A stretch of DNA of 64,000 bases from Candidatus Multivorans sp. (lineage in GTDB: Bacteria > Acidobacteriota > Thermoanaerobaculia > Multivoradales > Multivoraceae): the NCBI GenBank assembly GCA_965247095.1, contig OZ251997.1:2656001-2720000 (forward strand), read 5' to 3'. The notes under the pieces are model-generated. The model made no database searches, was not told where the DNA came from, and saw only the letters and a program-made list of their open reading frames with translations. The position numbers and the translations under genes were made by a program. Shown here in pieces: positions 57,432-64,000 of this stretch (its first letter is position 1; each line of letters starts with the position of its first letter).

Positions 57432-58064
57432 ATGATCCGGGAACAGGGCCGCGGCGACGGCGGCTGCATCGAGGTGATCACGGGCGGCATGTTCTCGGGC
57501 AAGAGCGAGGAGCTGGTGCGCCGGCTCCGGCGCGCCCTGATCGCCCGCCAGCGTGTCCAGGTGTTCCGGATCGCGACCGATACTCGGGGCGGCGAGGCCG
57601 GTGTCGTGCGGACCCGGGACAACCGGAGCCTGTCCGCGGTGACGGTGACATCGAGCGACGAGATGCGCGAGAAGCTGAGTCTCGGCGTGGAGGTCGTGGG
57701 CATCGACGAGGCCCAGTTCTTCGACGGAGGACTGGTCGAGCTGGTGACGGAACTCGCCGATCTCGGCGTGCGAGTGATCGTGGCCGGGCTGGACCTGGAC
57801 TTTCGGCGCCGTCCCTTCGGGCCGATCCCGGAGCTCATGGCGATCGCGGAGTACGTCGACAAGATGCACGCCGTGTGCATGCGCTGCGGCGCCGCCGCGC
57901 AGTACTCGCTGCGCATCGCGGCCGGCGAACAGCAGGTCCTGGTCGGCGACTTCGAGGCCTATGAGCCCCTTTGCCGCCGCTGCTACGGCTCGTCCAGCGA
58001 GGCCGATCTGGACAGTGACGAGGCGGATGAGAACGAGTCCGCCGACCAGGCCCGCGCGAGCTAG
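57432..58064 (+). CDS. tdk: Thymidine kinase
   Basis: GGMFSGKSEEL, GIDEAQFF, AGLDLDF, two CxxC pairs. Confidence 0.95.
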   Translation: MIREQGRGDGGCIEVITGGMFSGKSEELVRRLRRALIARQRVQVFRIATDTRGGEAGVVRTRDNRSLSAVTVTSSDEMREKLSLGVEVVGIDEAQFFDGGLVELVTELADLGVRVIVAGLDLDFRRRPFGPIPELMAIAEYVDKMHAVCMRCGAAAQYSLRIAAGEQQVLVGDFEAYEPLCRRCYGSSSEADLDSDEADENESADQARAS

Positions 58065-58699
58065 CGAATCAGGCCCTGCAGTGCCTGCCGGATCGTGGAA
58101 CCGAGGTCCGGTGACGACAGGTCGTGGCCTACGCCAGGAACCTCGAGGGCGCCGTTCAGGGTGGGCCAGCGTTTGGGCAGGCGGCGGATCATTGCCGGCG
58201 GAGTGAACCCGTCGAGCTGGCCGTAGACGACGGCGACGGGTACGGAGGCGGTGGCGGCGTCCTCGAAGTCGTAGTGGGTCAAGGGCGGCGCGATGAGCAA
58301 CATGCCGGCGGGCGGGTCCAGGGCGGCGTCAGCCTGCGGGAGCCGCGCCATCGTGACGACGGCGCCGAAGGAGTAGCCGACACCGAGACGCGGCAACCGC
58401 GGGAAGCGGCGACGGAGTTCCTGCTCGCAGGCGGCGAGGTCACAGATCTCGCCGCGGCCCGCGTCGTGGCGTCCCTCGCTGCGGCCGGCGCCGCGGAAGT
58501 TGAAGCGGAGCGCGGCGCCGCCCAGCTCGACCGCGGCCGTGGCGGCGGCGTCCACGACGTGGTTGTCCATGTCGCCGCCGTAGAGCGGGTGGGGGTGCGC
58601 GACGGTGGCGACGAAGGTCGGCGGCGCTTCTGGTTCGACCAGTGTGGCTTCCAACGCCCCGGCGGGGCCCTGGAGTTCGAGAGGCGTGATTCGAGGCAT
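58061..58699 (-). CDS. Alpha/beta hydrolase
   Basis: HPHPLYGG, RFNFRG, GYSFG nucleophile elbow. Confidence 0.88.
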   Translation of the reverse strand: MPRITPLELQGPAGALEATLVEPEAPPTFVATVAHPHPLYGGDMDNHVVDAAATAAVELGGAALRFNFRGAGRSEGRHDAGRGEICDLAACEQELRRRFPRLPRLGVGYSFGAVVTMARLPQADAALDPPAGMLLIAPPLTHYDFEDAATASVPVAVVYGQLDGFTPPAMIRRLPKRWPTLNGALEVPGVGHDLSSPDLGSTIRQALQGLIR

Positions 58700-58861
58700 C
58701 GTCTGACGGTCCGAGCGGTGGGAAGCGCGGAATATACTGCGCTGCGGCGCGGATTGCCCCCCGCAAAGCCGGAAGCGGCGCCTCGTCGTGCCGCGCGCCC
58801 CTTGAAACACCGCCGGTGACGCGCCGTACTCAAAGCGGGCGCTCACCAAGGAGTTCGTTCG

Positions 58862-59551
58862 ATGATCTTCGATCCCATGTACTTCGTGTTCCTGGCCCCC
58901 GGCCTGCTGCTGTCGCTGTGGGCCAGCTTCCGCGTCAAGTCGGCGTTCAAGAAGTACTCCAAGGTGCGGTCGGTGACCGGCATGACCGGCGCCCAGGCGG
59001 CGCAGCGACTGCTTGCCTACGCCGGCATCAACGACGTTCAGGTCGTTGCGACGCGGGGCCGGCTGTCCGATCACTACAACCCCGTGACCAAGAAACTGGC
59101 GTTGTCGGAGCCGGTCTACGGCTCGAACTCCGTGGCCGCGATCGGCATTGCCTGCCATGAGGCCGGACACGCCATTCAGCACGCCAAGAAGTACGCACCG
59201 CTGTGGCTGCGGTCGACCCTGGTGCCGATGGCCGGAATCGGCAGCAACCTGGGCTACCTCGTCATGTTCTTCGGCCTGATTCTGGGCAACATGGGCATGT
59301 TCATGGTGGGTGTGGTGATGTTCTCGGCGGTCGTCCTGTTCCAACTCGTCACCCTGCCGGTCGAGTTCGATGCCACCGCCCGCGCCAAGCGCCTCGCCGT
59401 CGAGCAGGGTCTGATCCTGCAGACCGAGCGGGTCGGGATGGACCGGGTTCTCAACGCCGCCGCGCTGACCTACGTCGCCGCCGCCGTCTCCTCGCTCCTC
59501 ACCCTCGCCTACTTCCTGATGCGAGCTGGTCTTCTCGGTGGCCGCGACTAG
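58862..59551 (+). CDS. Putative neutral zinc metallopeptidase (YugP-like)
   Basis: LSDHYNP, HEAGHAIQH, TLPVEFDA, AAALTYVA. Confidence 0.9.
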   Translation: MIFDPMYFVFLAPGLLLSLWASFRVKSAFKKYSKVRSVTGMTGAQAAQRLLAYAGINDVQVVATRGRLSDHYNPVTKKLALSEPVYGSNSVAAIGIACHEAGHAIQHAKKYAPLWLRSTLVPMAGIGSNLGYLVMFFGLILGNMGMFMVGVVMFSAVVLFQLVTLPVEFDATARAKRLAVEQGLILQTERVGMDRVLNAAALTYVAAAVSSLLTLAYFLMRAGLLGGRD

Positions 59552-60930
59552 ATCGGTTCGCCCAACTGCGCCGTGAGCTCGGCCTGGCGGACGGCGAGTT
59601 CTTCGGGGGTCGAGGCTTCCAGGACGAGCCGCAGCAAGGGTTCGGTGTTCGACGGGCGGACGTTGAACCACCAGTCGTCGAAGTCGATGCGGATGCCGTC
59701 GAGGCGGTCGAGCGTGCCGCCTTGGGCCTCGACGTAGCGCTCGACGAGGGCCGCCATGGCGGCGTCCTTGTCCTCGACTTCGAAGTTGATCTCGCTGCTC
59801 TTCGCGTAGCGGCGAAGGGGCGCGGTGATCTCGGAGAAGGACTTGCCGGAGCGGCGGATCAGGTTGAGAACCGCGACCACGGCCAGGATCGAGCTGTCGG
59901 CGCAGTAGTTCTGGCGGAAGTAGTAGTGGCCGGCGAGTTCGCCGCCGAACAGGGCAGAGGTAGCGCGCATCGTCGCCTTGACGAACGAGTGGCCGACGCG
60001 TTCCGCCAGCGGTGTGCCGCCGTGCTCGCGGATGTACTCGGGCACCGCGCGGGAGGAGCGGATGTCGTGGATCACGGTGCCGCCGGGCACCCTTTCCAGC
60101 ATCAGGCCGGCGATCAGGCCGGTGATCAGGTCGGACCCGATCGGCTCGCCGAGCTCGTCCACGAAGGCGGCGCGGTCGCCGTCGCCGTCGAAACTGACGC
60201 CCAGGTCCGCTTGGCTGCCTGTGACGAGGCGGCTCAGGTCGTGCAGGTTCTCCGGCAGCAGCGGGTTCGCCTCGTGGTTCGGGAAGGTCCCGTCGAGTTC
60301 GAAGTAAAGCGGCAGCAGTTCGACGCCGCAGGCTTCGAGCAGGGACCGGTAGATCGTGCCCATCCCGTTCGCCGCGTCGGCCGCGAGCCGCAACTTCGGT
60401 CCGTCTCTGGCCTCGAACGACCGATCGAGGAAGGAGAGCACGTGCTCGGCGTACGCGGCTTCGATGCTCGTCGCTTCGACCCGTCCGGGCGACGCGGCCG
60501 GCGCCGGTTCCGGGCCGAGGGCGTGCTCCTCGATGATCGGGATGCCGTGGTCTCCCGACACCGGCACGGCGCCGGCGAGGCTGAACTTGAGGCCGTTGTA
60601 CTCGGCCGCGTTGTGGCTGGCCGTGACCTGGATGCCGCCCGCGGTGCCGAGCCGGCCGGTGGCGAAGTAGTTCATCGGCGTGGTGGCGAGGCCGATGTCG
60701 AGGACGTCGAGGCCGGCCCGGGTCAGCCCGTCGCAGAGCGCCTCGGAGAGTGGCACGCTGTGGGACCGCATATCGCGGCTGACGACGACCGTGCGCGGCC
60801 GCTCAGCGCCCTGGTCGCCTTCGAGTTCGACGAGGTGACCGAATGCCATCCCGATCCGGCGCGCCAGCTCCTCGTTCAACTGTCCCGGATAGAGGCCGCG
60901 GACGTCGTAGGCCTTGAAGATTCCTGCCAT
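59548..60930 (-). CDS. Phosphomannomutase/phosphoglucomutase
   Basis: FKAYDVRG, TASHN, FDGDGDR, GELAGH, RPSNTEP. Confidence 0.94.
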   Translation of the reverse strand: MAGIFKAYDVRGLYPGQLNEELARRIGMAFGHLVELEGDQGAERPRTVVVSRDMRSHSVPLSEALCDGLTRAGLDVLDIGLATTPMNYFATGRLGTAGGIQVTASHNAAEYNGLKFSLAGAVPVSGDHGIPIIEEHALGPEPAPAASPGRVEATSIEAAYAEHVLSFLDRSFEARDGPKLRLAADAANGMGTIYRSLLEACGVELLPLYFELDGTFPNHEANPLLPENLHDLSRLVTGSQADLGVSFDGDGDRAAFVDELGEPIGSDLITGLIAGLMLERVPGGTVIHDIRSSRAVPEYIREHGGTPLAERVGHSFVKATMRATSALFGGELAGHYYFRQNYCADSSILAVVAVLNLIRRSGKSFSEITAPLRRYAKSSEINFEVEDKDAAMAALVERYVEAQGGTLDRLDGIRIDFDDWWFNVRPSNTEPLLRLVLEASTPEELAVRQAELTAQLGEPI

Positions 60931-60949
60931 GGGGTTCTCTTGCCCTCGC

Positions 60950-63900
60950 TTAGTGAGGCTGTACTTCGATCACGAAGGCGAAGGACTGACCCTCGATGGG
61001 GGCCTCTTCCAGGCCGTCCGGTCCGTCGCCGTTCACGGCCTGGAGCGTGACAGCCAGGGTCTCGCCGCAGATCCACTCCCGGTGCGCGTCGATGGCCCGT
61101 TCGATCTCCTCGTTCGTCCGGTAGCGGACGGCGATGCGGTCGGCGTAGTCGAGGTCGGCGGCGCGGCGCCGGTTCTGGACCCGGTGGACGACCTCGCGTG
61201 CGAGGCCCTCGGCGATCAGGTCGTCGTCCAGGTCGACGTCGAGGGCCACCAGGAGCTCGCTGTCGCCGTGCACGGCGATCCCGGGCCGCTCTTCGAGCCG
61301 CACCTCGACCTCGTGCGGATCGAGGTACGCGGTGTCGCCGTCGAGGTCGATCGCGATGCGCCCGTGGCTGTCGAGTTCCCGCTTCAGGTCGGCGCCGCTT
61401 CGGGCGGCGAGGGCGGCCCGCACGGCCGGCATGGCGCGACCGAACCGGGGACCGCACTTCGGGTAGTGCGGCACCACGTCGAAGGAGACGTACTCGGAGC
61501 TGTCGGCGGCCCAGCCCACTTCGCGCACGTTCAGTTCGTCCGAGACGAGGTCGACGTAGGGCTCGACCAGGGATTCGAGTTCCGGATCGGCGCTGACCAG
61601 GGTGACGGAGCGGAGCGGCTGGCGGATCTTGATGCTGTTCGCGTTGCGCGCGGAGCGGCCATTGCGCGCTATCTGTAGCACGATTGCCATCGCCGCCTCG
61701 AGCCGCTCTTCGGCGCGGTCGGCGGGCGCCTCGGGCCACGACTCGAGGTGGCAACTGACCGCGCCCTGGCCCTGGCTCGAAAGCAGCCGGCGGTGCAGCT
61801 CCTCGGCCACGAAGGGCACGAAGGGGGCGATCAGGAGGCGCAGCGTGGTCAGGACTTCGTACAGAGTCTGGTAGGCGCTCTCCTTCTCCGTGGCCGGCCC
61901 GCCGGCGCCCGGCGCCTCGTTGGGCGCCCAGAACCGGTCGCGGCTGCGCCGGATGTACCAGTTCGTCAGCTCATCGAGAAACGTCTCGATGCCGCGTGCG
62001 GCGGGCGCCGTGCTGTAGCCGCGCAGATGGTCGGTTGTGGCTCGAACGAGCCGGTAGAGACGGAGCAGGATCCAGCGGTCGAGCTGAGCCCGTTCGGCGA
62101 AGGGGATTTCGGCCCGACCGGGTCTCCAGCCATCGAGGTTGGCGTAGATGGTGAAGAACGACAGCGCGTTCCACAACGGCAGCAGGAAGGTCTGGGCCGC
62201 TTCCCGCACCAGGCGAGCCGAGAAACGGGACGGCTGCTCCGGGTTGTTGACGCAGAAGTACCAGCGCAGGGCGTCGGCGCCGGTCTCGGCCAGCACCTCC
62301 ATCGGTTCGACCACGTTGCCGAGGCGTTTGGACATCTTGCGGCCGTTCTCGTCGTTGACGTGGCCGAGGACGATGCAGTTGCGGTAGGCCGGGCTGTCGA
62401 ACAGCAGGCAGCCGAGGACGTGCAGGGTGTAGAACCAGCCCCGGGTCTGATCGACCGCTTCGGAGATGAAGTCGGCCGGGAAGCGGGAGCGGAAGGTCTC
62501 CCGGTTCTCGAACGGATAGTGGTACTGCGCGAAGGGCATGGCGCCGGAATCGAACCAGGCGTCGATCACGTACTCGACGCGTTTCATGACGCCGGAACAG
62601 GCTGCGGCGCCGCACGACCAGTGGAAGTCGTCGTCGATGAAGGGGCGGTGGGGATCGAAGCTGGCGCGGTCGTACGGGTTGTCGGGCAGGGGCCTTCCGG
62701 CGCGCCGGAACAACTCCTCGAAGGAGCCGACGACCTCGGCCTCGCCGCAGTCGCCGCATTTCCAGACCGGCAGCGGCGTGCCCCAGTAGCGGCTGCGGGA
62801 CAGGGCCCAGTCGACGACGTTCTCGAGCCAGTCCCCGAAGCGTCCCTCCCCCACGTGCTCCGGGTGCCAGTGGACCTGCCGGTTCTTCTCGATCAACCGG
62901 TCGCGGGCCGCGGTGGTGCGCACGAACCAGCTCGTCGTCGCGTAGTAGAGCAGCGGCTGATCGCAGCGCCAGCAGAAGGGGTAGCTGTGGCTGTGCCGTT
63001 CGCCGTGGAGCAGGCGGCCCCGCAGCCGCAGCGAGCGGACGATCTTCGGGTCGGCGTCCTTGAACCAGTCGCCGTTGATCTCGTCGATCAGGGACCGGAT
63101 GGAAGGATCTTCGGAACTTGCGTCGGCGTCGAGCGCGACCCGGCCCTCCGCGTCGACCGCCTGCAACTCCGGCAGACCGTATTCGCGGCCGCTGCGTTCG
63201 TCGTCCTCGCCGAACAGGGGCGCCGTGTGGACCGCGCCGGTGCCCTCGGCCCGGGTGACGTAGTCGGCGAGCAGGATGCGGAAACCGGCGGCGTCCGACA
63301 CCTCGGCGGGCTGGTACGGGCGACTCGGTTCGACGGGGAACGGCCGGTCGTAGAGCAGGCCCTCCAGGGCCCGGCCGGAGAAGCGGGCCACCGTCGCGGC
63401 TTCGCGCAGGTCGAGGCGGGTCGGCTTGCCGTTGCCGGGAACGAGCACCGGAACCGGTCGTTCGAGGTCCTCTGCGATCAGCAGCAGCCGCGCCGGGTCG
63501 GCGGGGTCGGTCACAGCGCGGTAGGTCAGTTCGGGATGCACCGCGATGCCGGCGTGGGAAAGCAGCGTCCAGGGCGTCGTCGTCCAGGCCACGATGGCGA
63601 TCGGCCGGTCGGTGCTGAACGCCGCGTCCCCGTGTGCCTCGTCGCCGATTGCCCCAAACGTCTGGCCGGGCCGTAGCGGGAAGCGCACCCAGATCGACGG
63701 ATCCTCCGTGTCCCGGTAGTTCTGCGCCACCTCGTGGCTCGACAGGGTGGTGCCGCAGCGGGCGCAGTAGGGCTGGATCTTCCGGCCCTCGTAGAGCAGG
63801 TCCTGCCGCCAGAGCTCGGCCAGCGCCCACCACACGGATTCGATGTAGGTGTTCTTGTAGGTCAGGTAGGCGCCGTCCATGTCGAGCCAGTAGCCCACCC

Positions 63901-64000
63901 GCTCGGTCATCCTCCGCCACTGGCGCTCGTAGGCGCTGACGCTCTCGAGGCAGGCGCGGTTGAACTTCTCGATTCCGTAGTCCTCGATCTGCTGTTTGCC
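60950..64000 (-). CDS. ileS: Isoleucine--tRNA ligase (5'-truncated by window)
   Basis: WTTTPWTL, GTGAVH, DWALSRSRYWGTP, DQTRGWF, KMSKR. Frame stays open to the window end. Confidence 0.96.
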   Translation of the reverse strand, partial: GKQQIEDYGIEKFNRACLESVSAYERQWRRMTERVGYWLDMDGAYLTYKNTYIESVWWALAELWRQDLLYEGRKIQPYCARCGTTLSSHEVAQNYRDTEDPSIWVRFPLRPGQTFGAIGDEAHGDAAFSTDRPIAIVAWTTTPWTLLSHAGIAVHPELTYRAVTDPADPARLLLIAEDLERPVPVLVPGNGKPTRLDLREAATVARFSGRALEGLLYDRPFPVEPSRPYQPAEVSDAAGFRILLADYVTRAEGTGAVHTAPLFGEDDERSGREYGLPELQAVDAEGRVALDADASSEDPSIRSLIDEINGDWFKDADPKIVRSLRLRGRLLHGERHSHSYPFCWRCDQPLLYYATTSWFVRTTAARDRLIEKNRQVHWHPEHVGEGRFGDWLENVVDWALSRSRYWGTPLPVWKCGDCGEAEVVGSFEELFRRAGRPLPDNPYDRASFDPHRPFIDDDFHWSCGAAACSGVMKRVEYVIDAWFDSGAMPFAQYHYPFENRETFRSRFPADFISEAVDQTRGWFYTLHVLGCLLFDSPAYRNCIVLGHVNDENGRKMSKRLGNVVEPMEVLAETGADALRWYFCVNNPEQPSRFSARLVREAAQTFLLPLWNALSFFTIYANLDGWRPGRAEIPFAERAQLDRWILLRLYRLVRATTDHLRGYSTAPAARGIETFLDELTNWYIRRSRDRFWAPNEAPGAGGPATEKESAYQTLYEVLTTLRLLIAPFVPFVAEELHRRLLSSQGQGAVSCHLESWPEAPADRAEERLEAAMAIVLQIARNGRSARNANSIKIRQPLRSVTLVSADPELESLVEPYVDLVSDELNVREVGWAADSSEYVSFDVVPHYPKCGPRFGRAMPAVRAALAARSGADLKRELDSHGRIAIDLDGDTAYLDPHEVEVRLEERPGIAVHGDSELLVALDVDLDDDLIAEGLAREVVHRVQNRRRAADLDYADRIAVRYRTNEEIERAIDAHREWICGETLAVTLQAVNGDGPDGLEEAPIEGQSFAFVIEVQPH

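Overview
A 64-kb stretch of a high-GC diderm bacterial chromosome. Acidobacteriota-like origin is an inference from the GWxTD/VWA, PEGA and LptD content. The backbone is housekeeping: the dcw cluster (ftsI to ftsZ), argS, a glycosyltransferase cluster, lptD, yqgF-mltG, xseAB, an arg operon with tandem ARG boxes, a ubiquitin-like sulfur-relay locus (cysteine synthase, JAB protease, Ubl-E1-rhodanese fusion, MoaD-MoaE fusion), tdk, a phosphomannomutase and a partial ileS. Three small accessory islands interrupt it. (1) After ftsZ: a small-ORF plus membrane-protein pair and an IS3-family element. (2) After argR: an M.PvuII-like N4-cytosine methyltransferase coupled to an unusual Zn/HEAT-repeat putative nuclease that carries a 1-nt frameshift. 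(3) After the sulfur-relay operon: a decayed vapBC pair and an ABC-ATPase plus TOPRIM-like gene pair. The strongest hidden signal is that I found no copy of the PvuII site CAGCTG in a manual read of the whole window, although near-identical hexamers are abundant. This points to long-term selection by a CAGCTG-specific system whose candidate nuclease does not resemble R.PvuII.
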